From positions 1 through 63,733 of the IMG/VR virus record IMGVR_UViG_3300033146_001875: a DNA stretch of 63,733 bases; one strand, written 5' to 3'. This DNA comes from a virus. Lineage: Duplodnaviria > Caudoviricetes. The notes beneath the pieces are model-generated. The model was not told the DNA's origin, searched no databases, and saw only the letters and a program-made list of their open reading frames with translations. Both the position numbers and the translations under genes were made by a program. Each line of letters opens with the position of its first letter. Positions within the stretch are counted from its first letter, which is position 1. Shown in pieces: positions 18,913-27,665 of the stretch.

Positions 18913-20162
18913 CAGAACATCAACGAGAAAAGTTTGATAATATAATGAGTCACTCAGATAAGATAGTGGCCCTATTTGGAGAAGGTGGAACTGGTAAAAC
19001 AGTTTCAGTAAGTAAGTTTATTCAATCGCTTGATGAAAATCAGATAGTAGCTTTGACAACTACTACACACCAAAGTTTAAGTGTTCTTAGGGACATGGTT
19101 CCATCACATCATAAATGTGATATAACAACATCTACAATACATAAATTCTTAGGCTTTAGAGTCAAAGATAATCAAGGTAAATCTACATTGCAAAGAAATC
19201 CGAAGCATGAAATTAGCTTTGTGGACTATCTAATAATAGATGAATCATCTTATTTAACTAAGCAGTTATTAGACTTTATAAAAGGCTCAGAAGTTGGATT
19301 TAGAGTGCGAAAGAAAATTATATTGGTAGGCGACAAAATGCAACTAACTATAGATGATTTTCTAAACTTAGATTCTATTTTTAGTGAAGAACTAACAGAG
19401 AACATGAGACAGAGTCGTGACTCTGATTTATATACCTTTTGTCATAGTCTAAGACACAGAATAGAGAACAAATTAGGGGTAGTACCTATTCCAGCAAATG
19501 GTAAAGATATTATAATGACATCGAACCATACAGCTTTTGTTAGTGAATACAAAAAAAACACTTCTAATAAATGTATATTAGCTTTTCTCAACTCTACTGT
19601 TAAAAGCTATAACAACAATATAAAAAAGAAGATGTTGAAAGAAGATACATATAGTATTGGAGACACTCTTGTTGTGATGGAACCAACATTCAAGAAACTA
19701 GCTAATGGTAGTAATTCTATTATATACAACAACAGAGAGAGAGTAGAAATACTTGGAATAGTTCAGGAGACAGATAGTGATACATTATTACTTGTTAAAA
19801 ATTCAAAAGAAATAGAGGCACAATTACTAGTCCCTAAGTCTAAGGCAGAATACAATCGAACATTAAAAAACTATGTAGATAAAAAAGACTGGAAGAACTA
19901 TTATGATTACAAAGAAGCAAGAAATTTTGTACATCATTCTTATGCCCTCACAGTACACTCAGCACAAGGTTCTACATTTGATGATGTCTTTATCGACCTA
20001 AGTGATTTTAACCCTCCTAATGACCCTGTAAGTGACAAGTTACTAAGAATGGTATATGTAGCCTTAACAAGAGCTAGAAAGAGAGTTTTTATATATCTAG
20101 GAGATGGAAAAAGAGACTACCAAGCTTTTGGTAAGACGGTAAATCTATTGGATGAGATGTAG
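18909..20162 (+). CDS. SF1B (Dda/RecD-like) DNA helicase
   Basis: GEGGTGKT, IIDES, VGDKMQL, NMRQ, YALTVHSAQGSTFD, YVALTRA. Confidence 0.95.
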   Translation: MTEHQREKFDNIMSHSDKIVALFGEGGTGKTVSVSKFIQSLDENQIVALTTTTHQSLSVLRDMVPSHHKCDITTSTIHKFLGFRVKDNQGKSTLQRNPKHEISFVDYLIIDESSYLTKQLLDFIKGSEVGFRVRKKIILVGDKMQLTIDDFLNLDSIFSEELTENMRQSRDSDLYTFCHSLRHRIENKLGVVPIPANGKDIIMTSNHTAFVSEYKKNTSNKCILAFLNSTVKSYNNNIKKKMLKEDTYSIGDTLVVMEPTFKKLANGSNSIIYNNRERVEILGIVQETDSDTLLLVKNSKEIEAQLLVPKSKAEYNRTLKNYVDKKDWKNYYDYKEARNFVHHSYALTVHSAQGSTFDDVFIDLSDFNPPNDPVSDKLLRMVYVALTRARKRVFIYLGDGKRDYQAFGKTVNLLDEM

Positions 20163-20164
20163 AT

Positions 20165-20422
20165 ATGTATAGCAAAAAAAAAGACTCAACTATATTTGAT
20201 GATACTATGTTTCCAAGCCAGATAAGACAAGTAAGAAGCGATGGTTCTGTAAAGAGAGCTATTGAGTTACCTATGTCTAAAAAGGCTATTGATATGTATT
20301 CTGATAATTTAAAAAAAGACTTAGAGAATAATATGACATTTAAAAAGTTGAAAGAAGTGAAATTTATGAATAAAGCTTTGGATTTATTCGAACCAACTAA
20401 AATAACTATAACGGAGAATTAA
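20165..20422 (+). CDS. Hypothetical protein
   Basis: Only ORF between helicase and primase. Confidence 0.7.
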   Translation: MYSKKKDSTIFDDTMFPSQIRQVRSDGSVKRAIELPMSKKAIDMYSDNLKKDLENNMTFKKLKEVKFMNKALDLFEPTKITITEN

Positions 20423-20425
20423 ATT

Positions 20426-22648
20426 ATGTCTAAAATAAAACTAGATGACGACACGGAAGATATACCTATTGAATCCAAAGTGTCTGGAGAATTACATTAT
20501 ACTGATTTAGAGAATATGAAGTGGATGGATGTAATACTTAACATACTTAAAAATAAAGCTGGTTCTGAGCAAATGGACGACCATTTTTATGAAACACTTA
20601 TTAATAATAAAATAAGCCAAATAGCTACAAATATGAGAGTATGCTTTGAATTTTATGATGGTGGGATTATTCCAGCCAACATATATTCTTTTCTGCTAGC
20701 TACATCTGGCTCATCTAAAGGAAAGACTAACTCTACTTTGAAGAACTTGTTTTTCAAAGACTTTGAAGATAGTTTTATGACTATGCACCAAATAAGAGCC
20801 AAGCTCAATCTGGAACATATGGCAGAGGACAAATCAAGGCTAGAGGGTATGTCAGAAGAACAAGCATTAGACTATCTAACAAAAAGATTTAATTGCTTAC
20901 CTAACTTTATATTCACATATAATGATTCTACGGAGCCCGGATTTAAAGCCTTGAGAGAGAAGCTTACATTAAGTGGTTCAGGTGCCACAAATATAGAGCT
21001 TGATGAAATTGGCATTAATATGCATAAGATAAAAGAGTTTCTATCAGCAGTGCTTGAATGCTATGATGTTGGAGTCTTAAACCAAAAGCTAACCAAGACA
21101 GAATCTTCTAAGGATACAGCTAAAATACCAGCTACTTTCTTAGCTTTTGGCACTGGTTCTACATTGCTTGATGGTGGAGAGATGGAAAAAGATTTTATGA
21201 GCATTTTAAGACAAGGCTTAGCTAGGAGATGTACTTTTTCATATACTGAGAATATAAAAGATACTGAAGACGATGAAGAGTTTGACCCAATGAAAATATT
21301 ACTGAGAGCTAAGTCGTCTGAGGATTCAAAAGACTCTCTTAGAATAATGAATAAATTTAAACTACTATCAGAACCAAAACTGTTTGATAAAGTTATACTG
21401 GTTCCAGATGCCATATGGGCAAAAGTATTAGAATATCAAAGAGACTGCAATAAAGAAGTATCTAAGCTATCTGAGTTTGAAGATCTAGTTATGCTAAACA
21501 TAAAGCATTCTTACTGGACTTTATCTAAGATAATGTCAGTATATGCCTTTATGGATGGCAAAGATTATGTAGAACAGATACATTTTGATAGAGCATTAAA
21601 GTATGTAAAACATTCTATAATAGACTTCAAAAAGATGGTTCGTAGGAAATCTAATTTTGAAAGAGTTGCATTGTTTATATGTACAGCAAAAAGAGAATTA
21701 ACATTATTCGACTTTACGGAGTCTATGCCATTCTACAAAAATGCCACAAAGCAAAGCAAGATGGAAATGTTGGAATTAGCACAAGCTTATGCTGCCACAC
21801 ACAATATGCTTATACAGCATAAGATAAAGGAGGGTATTATATATTACACTGGTTCTATGCTAGAAGAAGTGGACTTAAATCAAATCAAGTTATCTATGTC
21901 ATCACATATAACTGAAAATTTTGTTCCTTTATCTGGAAAATGGGATGACTTGTATAATATTCCTTGTTCTAATACAAATTATTCTATTCATCATTTTATA
22001 GATAACTACAGAAAAGGTAGCAATGCTATTGCTGGGTTTAATATAGTTGTTTTAGATATAGATGATGGTACTGATTTAGATACAGCTAAGGCTATATTAA
22101 AAGAATCTAAGTATCTTATTACTACTACTCGAAATCACAATAAGGAGAAAAATGGCAAGATAAGAGATAGGTTTAGAATCTTTCTTCCAATGACAGTTGA
22201 ACTTAAACTGAATGAATTAGATTTTAAAGCTTTTATGACAAATGTTATGGAAGATTTTCCAATAGAAGTCGATGAAGCTTGTAAGGATATTGCAAGATTT
22301 TATTTCGGTCATGCTGGTGCAGATTATGCATATAATGATGGTTCTTTATTTGATCCAGCTGACTATATACCCAATACAGAACCGAATAAGAAGAGAATAA
22401 AATTCAATTCAGAACTTGGAGATATAGGCAGTTTGGAAAAATGGTTCTTAAAACGAATGGCAAGTGGAAACAGAAATGATATGCTTATTAAATTCGCTCT
22501 AGCTCTAGTTGATGCAGATAAAGAGTATGAAGAAATTGAATCTCGTTGTATGACATTAAATAGCAGGCTAGAAGATCCAATTTCTCAAAAAGAGATTTCA
22601 TCTACTATCTTATCTACGGTAAGAAAAAAACTATATGGAGGTAAATAA
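20426..22648 (+). CDS. N4 gp43-type DNA primase (N-terminal P-loop domain, C-terminal AEP and PriCT)
   Basis: ATSGSSKGKT; AEP motifs VLDIDDG, TTRNH, RFRIFLP, VDEACKD; PriCT GNRNDML. Confidence 0.88.
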   Translation: MSKIKLDDDTEDIPIESKVSGELHYTDLENMKWMDVILNILKNKAGSEQMDDHFYETLINNKISQIATNMRVCFEFYDGGIIPANIYSFLLATSGSSKGKTNSTLKNLFFKDFEDSFMTMHQIRAKLNLEHMAEDKSRLEGMSEEQALDYLTKRFNCLPNFIFTYNDSTEPGFKALREKLTLSGSGATNIELDEIGINMHKIKEFLSAVLECYDVGVLNQKLTKTESSKDTAKIPATFLAFGTGSTLLDGGEMEKDFMSILRQGLARRCTFSYTENIKDTEDDEEFDPMKILLRAKSSEDSKDSLRIMNKFKLLSEPKLFDKVILVPDAIWAKVLEYQRDCNKEVSKLSEFEDLVMLNIKHSYWTLSKIMSVYAFMDGKDYVEQIHFDRALKYVKHSIIDFKKMVRRKSNFERVALFICTAKRELTLFDFTESMPFYKNATKQSKMEMLELAQAYAATHNMLIQHKIKEGIIYYTGSMLEEVDLNQIKLSMSSHITENFVPLSGKWDDLYNIPCSNTNYSIHHFIDNYRKGSNAIAGFNIVVLDIDDGTDLDTAKAILKESKYLITTTRNHNKEKNGKIRDRFRIFLPMTVELKLNELDFKAFMTNVMEDFPIEVDEACKDIARFYFGHAGADYAYNDGSLFDPADYIPNTEPNKKRIKFNSELGDIGSLEKWFLKRMASGNRNDMLIKFALALVDADKEYEEIESRCMTLNSRLEDPISQKEISSTILSTVRKKLYGGK

Positions 22649-22650
22649 CT

Positions 22651-22908
22651 ATGTCTTTTAAAGACTTAAAAAGAGGTGACAAAGTTGAGATAAACTTTGA
22701 AGTTTGTGCTGAGAATGGATTTAACAACTTTAGTACATTTGACCTATCACAAGGTGTGGTAGTGTCTGAAAAAATAGAAATAAAATTCCATGGGCATAAA
22801 AATGAAGCGGCTGTCCACTTGAGGACTATTGCAGATAACAAAGATATATGTATATCTGAAAAAACTGGAATACTATATTCGTTTATTGAAGAAGAAATAA
22901 TTTTATAA
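22651..22908 (+). CDS. Hypothetical protein
   Basis: GGAGG RBS. Confidence 0.75.
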   Translation: MSFKDLKRGDKVEINFEVCAENGFNNFSTFDLSQGVVVSEKIEIKFHGHKNEAAVHLRTIADNKDICISEKTGILYSFIEEEIIL

Positions 22909-23016
22909 ATGAAAATCGTAGTTCAGAGAAGATGTTAAAGCTGCTTTTGCAATAACAGACAAAAAAAATTGCAATATAGTTATAGTGACCACTTAAAAAA
23001 AAACAAAAGGATAGAC

Positions 23017-23589
23017 ATGAACAAGAACACACCACAGACAATTAATGAAACGATGGATACATTTAAAATAGAACGCACACAAACTGCAATGGGTACACGA
23101 ATGACTCGTGGAGATTACAATGAATATAGAGGCTGGACATTACCTGATGGTGAGAATGGTGATGATAAGGGAGTGATGCTGGTTAATGGTGACCATGTGA
23201 GCTGGATACCTAAACCTGTATTTGAGAAAGAATGCTTATTGATTGAAGATAGACTTAATGGCAAGGAGCTTGACCCAGAAACAAGTATTCCAAAGAAAAC
23301 ACTTGGAAATACTTGTTCTAATAGAACAATAGAAAATGTTAGTGATGTTACATTCTGGGGTAATAGAGATACTTTTAAGTTAATTTCAAAAGCATCTTCA
23401 GAAAAAGAAGGTTGGATGAAATCTACTAAGGCTATGCAGTGTGGAAACTCAGTTGTTGTTCAGGTAACAACTCAACAAAGAAACCCTGATGGTAGTTATG
23501 CTGTAGCAGAAGCAGTGACGACAGTGCCAAATGCTGTAATTTCTAAGCACAAAGAAGATGGTAAAGTGATTTTTAGAACTATAGCTTAG
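23017..23589 (+). CDS. Two-domain protein; candidate anti-defence nucleotide sponge fusion
   Basis: N-domain MTRGDYNEYRGW...SWIPKPVFE; C-domain KASSEKEGWMKSTKAM...VQVTTQQ. AAGGA RBS favours ATG 23017. Confidence 0.6.
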   Translation: MNKNTPQTINETMDTFKIERTQTAMGTRMTRGDYNEYRGWTLPDGENGDDKGVMLVNGDHVSWIPKPVFEKECLLIEDRLNGKELDPETSIPKKTLGNTCSNRTIENVSDVTFWGNRDTFKLISKASSEKEGWMKSTKAMQCGNSVVVQVTTQQRNPDGSYAVAEAVTTVPNAVISKHKEDGKVIFRTIA

Positions 23590-23633
23590 TCTGCTTTTAA
23601 TGGAGACAGAGCAAAAAAAAATAAAGGTATACA

Positions 23634-24017
23634 ATGGTATCAATCAAAATCGAAAACTATAATGAGTTCGTACATGGACTGAAAAAGTCTGGTGAAAATA
23701 TCTTAGATAGTCTAAATCCAGAAAAATGTTCAATTATACATATGGCAATGGGTTTATCTGGCGAGTCAGGTGAGCTTCTTGATGCAATTAAAAAATACAC
23801 TATGTATGAAAAAGATATTGACCGTGAAAATATTGTGGAAGAGATGGGAGATATTGAGTTTTTTTTAGAGGGACTTCGTAGTGACCTAGGCATAATTAGA
23901 GAAGAAACTCTACAGCATAATATGGAAAAACTTATTTGTAGATACCCTGATGGTTTATTTACAAATGCTGATGCCCAAGAAAGAAAAGATAAGGAGGTAA
24001 AAATAAATGGCTCTTAA
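23634..24017 (+). CDS. MazG-like nucleotide pyrophosphohydrolase
   Basis: GLSGESGELLDAIKK...EEMGDI...NMEKLICRYP. Confidence 0.9.
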   Translation: MVSIKIENYNEFVHGLKKSGENILDSLNPEKCSIIHMAMGLSGESGELLDAIKKYTMYEKDIDRENIVEEMGDIEFFLEGLRSDLGIIREETLQHNMEKLICRYPDGLFTNADAQERKDKEVKINGS

Positions 24018-24693
24018 CATAAGACCAATAAAAGAAACTGTATCCGATAGTGGTGTAAAAATATTAGTATATGCTCAGTCTGGAACTGGAAAAACTAGCC
24101 TTGCTGGCACTTTTTCAGGAAGGACTCTTATACTAAATGCTGAGAATGGTACAGCGGTTATTAAAGATAGTAATTGCGATGTTATAGATACTCCGAATGA
24201 AGCTTCTATAATTGAAGTATATCAAGCTATTCTAAATGGTGAAATCAAGTATGACAATTATGTACTTGACTCCATTACTGAGATTGCAGAAAGCATGGCT
24301 CTAGCTTTAAAAGCTGACCCCTATTATGGTGACCCTAAAAATAGTTTTAAATTTTGGGATGAGCTAAAAAGAAAAATAGTAGTTATGATGAAAGCCTTTA
24401 GAGACCTTAAAAACTGCAATGTAATGTTCTGTGCATTAGAAGCAGATGTTGAAATTAATGCCCTACAAATACTGCATCCTATGGTGCCGGGCAAAAGCTC
24501 AATGAAGATACTACCATCCATATTTGATGAAGTATTAAGACTTACTTCTGATGCTGATGGTACTAGAAAGTTGCATACTTCAGGAAGAATGGACTATGTA
24601 GCTAAAACTCGTTATGGAATAGAGGATGGAACAACAGATGTTAATATAGCTAATCTATATCAAGAACATCTATATAGTTCTCAAACAAAATAA
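24007..24693 (+). CDS. Sak4-like AAA ATPase/recombinase (N4 gp44-like)
   Basis: YAQSGTGKT, VLDSITE, FDEV, AKTR; directly upstream of SSB. Confidence 0.88.
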   Translation: MALNIRPIKETVSDSGVKILVYAQSGTGKTSLAGTFSGRTLILNAENGTAVIKDSNCDVIDTPNEASIIEVYQAILNGEIKYDNYVLDSITEIAESMALALKADPYYGDPKNSFKFWDELKRKIVVMMKAFRDLKNCNVMFCALEADVEINALQILHPMVPGKSSMKILPSIFDEVLRLTSDADGTRKLHTSGRMDYVAKTRYGIEDGTTDVNIANLYQEHLYSSQTK

Positions 24694-24721
24694 TAATTAA
24701 AAAAAAACAAGGAAGAAAAAC

Positions 24722-25471
24722 ATGAGTCAATTTGATAATTTATTCGAGGGTACAGAAGAAGAGATTTTAGGACAAGACGAATTTAAAGGTTCGGGTATTA
24801 CTAAGTCATGTGTGGTTGTAGCTAAAATAACTATGGCTAAACAAAAAGACAGTGGTTCTAGTAACTCAAAAGCATTTGTTATTGAAATGGAAACCGAAAG
24901 TGGTGCTAAACTATTTCACGACTTTGGATGGTATATAAATAAGACTGGTAAGCATACAGACAAAAATGGTAAGATATTACCAGCTACAGCTGGTTTAGTT
25001 AGATTTAATGCTTTAATAAACAATGAGAGAGATTTACCTAAATTAGATTTAGCTGCAATAAAAGAATATGATTGGGAATCTAAATCAGAAGTATCTGTTC
25101 AAAAAATGATAGCTCGTTCCCTTATTGGTAAAATGGTACAGGTTCAAGTGGTTCGCATTAAAACAAACAAGCAAGTTGATTCAGGTGGAAAAACTCCAGA
25201 GGGCTATGCTATTTGGGTAGATGGTCCAGACGAGAAGTTCACCAATGAATGTAAAAGGTTTTATGATGCTATGACTGGTCAAACAATAGGTGAGAAACAG
25301 CTAGGAAAAGAAGCTGAGAAAATCAAAACAGATATTCAATATTGTGAAGAAAATCCAGTATTAGATAAATTCAAAGCAGTAGCTGCTATAACTGCCTCAC
25401 AAGCTCCATCAACAGCTACTCAAGGCTTTGGTGCACCAGCACAATCTACTCAAGGCTTTGGTGCTCAATAG
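24722..25471 (+). CDS. N4-type single-stranded DNA-binding protein (gp45-like)
   Basis: Position after the AAA ATPase, size, KIKEYDW-like and NE...FY...G.T..E patterns, low-complexity tail. Confidence 0.75.
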   Translation: MSQFDNLFEGTEEEILGQDEFKGSGITKSCVVVAKITMAKQKDSGSSNSKAFVIEMETESGAKLFHDFGWYINKTGKHTDKNGKILPATAGLVRFNALINNERDLPKLDLAAIKEYDWESKSEVSVQKMIARSLIGKMVQVQVVRIKTNKQVDSGGKTPEGYAIWVDGPDEKFTNECKRFYDAMTGQTIGEKQLGKEAEKIKTDIQYCEENPVLDKFKAVAAITASQAPSTATQGFGAPAQSTQGFGAQ

Positions 25472-25473
25472 CC

Positions 25474-25950
25474 ATGCTAATTAATATCAAGCTAGATAGT
25501 TGTATTCCAGAAGATAAAAAGCTTCTGGAATATATACTCAATGGAAATATAATTAGCACTGACGAACTGATTATAAAGGATGAACCATCTATTGTAGAGC
25601 CTATTGAAGAAAAACTAGAAGAGTCTAGTTTTGATATAAGAAAAGAAGCCTCTACAGAAAAAGAAGATGGTTCTAATGATTTTTTAAAAGCTGTTGACGA
25701 AAGAGAGATAGAAGAAGTCAAAAGTCTTACAAGACAAGATATAGTAGATATATTCGATAGTAATAAGAGGCTTACTTCAAACTTTTTTACCAAACTACAG
25801 ACTGGATTCTACGGTCATGAAAATGTACTAATAGAAGATATAAGATTCGTAGGTAGAAAGCCATTTAGATATACAGATGAGAATTGTATATTTAAAGTCA
25901 GAAGAGCATTACTTAAGTTGAAATCAGCTCCAAGAAGAATATCGGAATAA
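25474..25950 (+). CDS. Hypothetical protein
   Basis: 158-aa ORF in operon context. Confidence 0.7.
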   Translation: MLINIKLDSCIPEDKKLLEYILNGNIISTDELIIKDEPSIVEPIEEKLEESSFDIRKEASTEKEDGSNDFLKAVDEREIEEVKSLTRQDIVDIFDSNKRLTSNFFTKLQTGFYGHENVLIEDIRFVGRKPFRYTDENCIFKVRRALLKLKSAPRRISE

Positions 25951-25953
25951 TGT

Positions 25954-26217
25954 ATGTTTCTTAGAAGCATAGAAGACTGCTATAAAATACCAGCTTCAGC
26001 TCCGACTATGGATAAAGTAAAAAAGAGCAAATCAAAGAAGCTTATGAAGCTTGATGATATGTATTTTTTTATAGCTGAAACAAAAGAGATAACCAGAATA
26101 TATTCAGTTAATCTAGGCATTCAGGTATTAGCTGCATATCCTCGTTCTCATGCACTCAATATGCTAATAAAACGACTACATCATATCAAAGGTTTAGTTC
26201 ATGAAAAAAACTCGTAA
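25954..26217 (+). CDS. Hypothetical basic protein
   Basis: 87-aa ORF in operon context. Confidence 0.7.
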   Translation: MFLRSIEDCYKIPASAPTMDKVKKSKSKKLMKLDDMYFFIAETKEITRIYSVNLGIQVLAAYPRSHALNMLIKRLHHIKGLVHEKNS

Positions 26218-26800
26218 AGAGCAAGTATACGGCATTGATATAGGGCTTAGTGGAGGAATTAGTAATGGTTCTTCCGAAATAGCTATGCCCATATATAGTG
26301 TTATGATTAAAGAACCAGTTATGGTACAAGCTAAAGACAGTAAAGGCAAAAAGCAATATTACAAAAGTGGACCTAAGCAAGGTGAAGTAAAGATGAGAAT
26401 CAAAGCTGGAGCTAAGTTTAAAAAATACCTTGATATTAGCTACATATATAAGTCTTTCTTGAATGCAACAGTTGTGGTTCTTGAAGATATGGGAACTAGT
26501 GTCGGCAATACTGCACAAGCCACTAGAACCACAGCCTCTAATTTAGGAAAGCTTTTAGCTGCTGCTGAATTAGCAGGTTGTAAAGTACATCTAATAGCTG
26601 CTAATAAATGGAAGAAAGATTTGGGATTATCTTCTGACAAATTAGAATCGGTTATTATGGCTGAAGAATTAACTGGACGAGTGTTTAGAACAGATAAAGG
26701 AGCCTTATTAGATGGCGAAGCAGAGGCATTTCTAATATGGCATTGGTATTCACTGTATGGTGAAGAATATTTTAAAACAAAAAAACAAGGAATAAAATGA
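26201..26800 (+). CDS. RuvC-like Holliday junction resolvase
   Basis: YGIDIGLSGG, VVVLED, WKK, DGEAEAFLI. Confidence 0.85.
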   Translation: MKKTRKEQVYGIDIGLSGGISNGSSEIAMPIYSVMIKEPVMVQAKDSKGKKQYYKSGPKQGEVKMRIKAGAKFKKYLDISYIYKSFLNATVVVLEDMGTSVGNTAQATRTTASNLGKLLAAAELAGCKVHLIAANKWKKDLGLSSDKLESVIMAEELTGRVFRTDKGALLDGEAEAFLIWHWYSLYGEEYFKTKKQGIK

Positions 26801-27168
26801 AAGAACAAATCAAAATAGTTAATACAGAGACTGGAGAAATTCAGACAATCGGCTCTTTAGATGCAAATACAGCAGCGGATATTACATGTGTTTTGAAGAC
26901 AATTAACAATTCGCTAAAAGACATAGCGGATAGCAAAACAGAATGCTGTTTAGTTGATATTATCGAGTTACTAGATGTAGTCGATAAAACACTTGTTGGC
27001 AATATGTCACCACAAGAGATGGGAATTAAAGTGAAAGAAATTACAAAGTCAGAAGCTGAAGAACCACTATTTGATTTAGATGGAATCCCAAACAATGTAT
27101 TGAAAGATATTCAAGAACAAATTAACTCTATTTTAGAGAAAAATAAAAATGATAAAAAAACTAACTAG
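26797..27168 (+). CDS. Hypothetical protein
   Basis: AAGGA RBS, ATGA overlap. Confidence 0.75.
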   Translation: MKEQIKIVNTETGEIQTIGSLDANTAADITCVLKTINNSLKDIADSKTECCLVDIIELLDVVDKTLVGNMSPQEMGIKVKEITKSEAEEPLFDLDGIPNNVLKDIQEQINSILEKNKNDKKTN

Positions 27169-27451
27169 AGGTAGATACAAGATGAAGATTATATTCGATA
27201 GAAATGAAGTAGAAGAAGCTATTAAATGCAAGTTGGACAAAATGGGTCTTAAATATGAAGATTGTAAAATTACATTAAGTCAATCAACTGCCACAGTTCA
27301 GATAGGTAATGTAGCAGACATTGAAGCTGAATCAAATGAGACCACAGAGAATGCAGAAGACAATTTTTCAGAAGTAAGTATGGAGGATGAAGAACCACAA
27401 CCAGCTGTTATTGGATTTATTAAAAATAATTTACATGCTAGACAAAGCTAA
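27149..27451 (+). CDS. Hypothetical acidic protein
   Basis: Likely start at 27182 (GAGG RBS). Confidence 0.7.
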   Translation: MIKKLTRGRYKMKIIFDRNEVEEAIKCKLDKMGLKYEDCKITLSQSTATVQIGNVADIEAESNETTENAEDNFSEVSMEDEEPQPAVIGFIKNNLHARQS

Positions 27452-27665
27452 AAATATAGCCTTATCTATATTATCAGTTCTAGGACTGATAATTATAGTT
27501 GTAGTCGGACTGATAACATCCTATATGATTTCAGCTTTATTAGCTGTATCTATATTTTTTTATATAATATATAAAATATATTCTCATGCAGAACCAACGA
27601 AAAAAAAGCAAAAAAAGAATGAAATTAAATATTCTATTGATGCTGATTACAGAAGTGTATATTAA
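27387..27665 (+). CDS. Membrane protein, last gene of the + arm
   Basis: Two hydrophobic segments; its stop overlaps the vRNAP stop (TTAA). Confidence 0.7.
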   Translation: MKNHNQLLLDLLKIIYMLDKAKNIALSILSVLGLIIIVVVGLITSYMISALLAVSIFFYIIYKIYSHAEPTKKKQKKNEIKYSIDADYRSVY

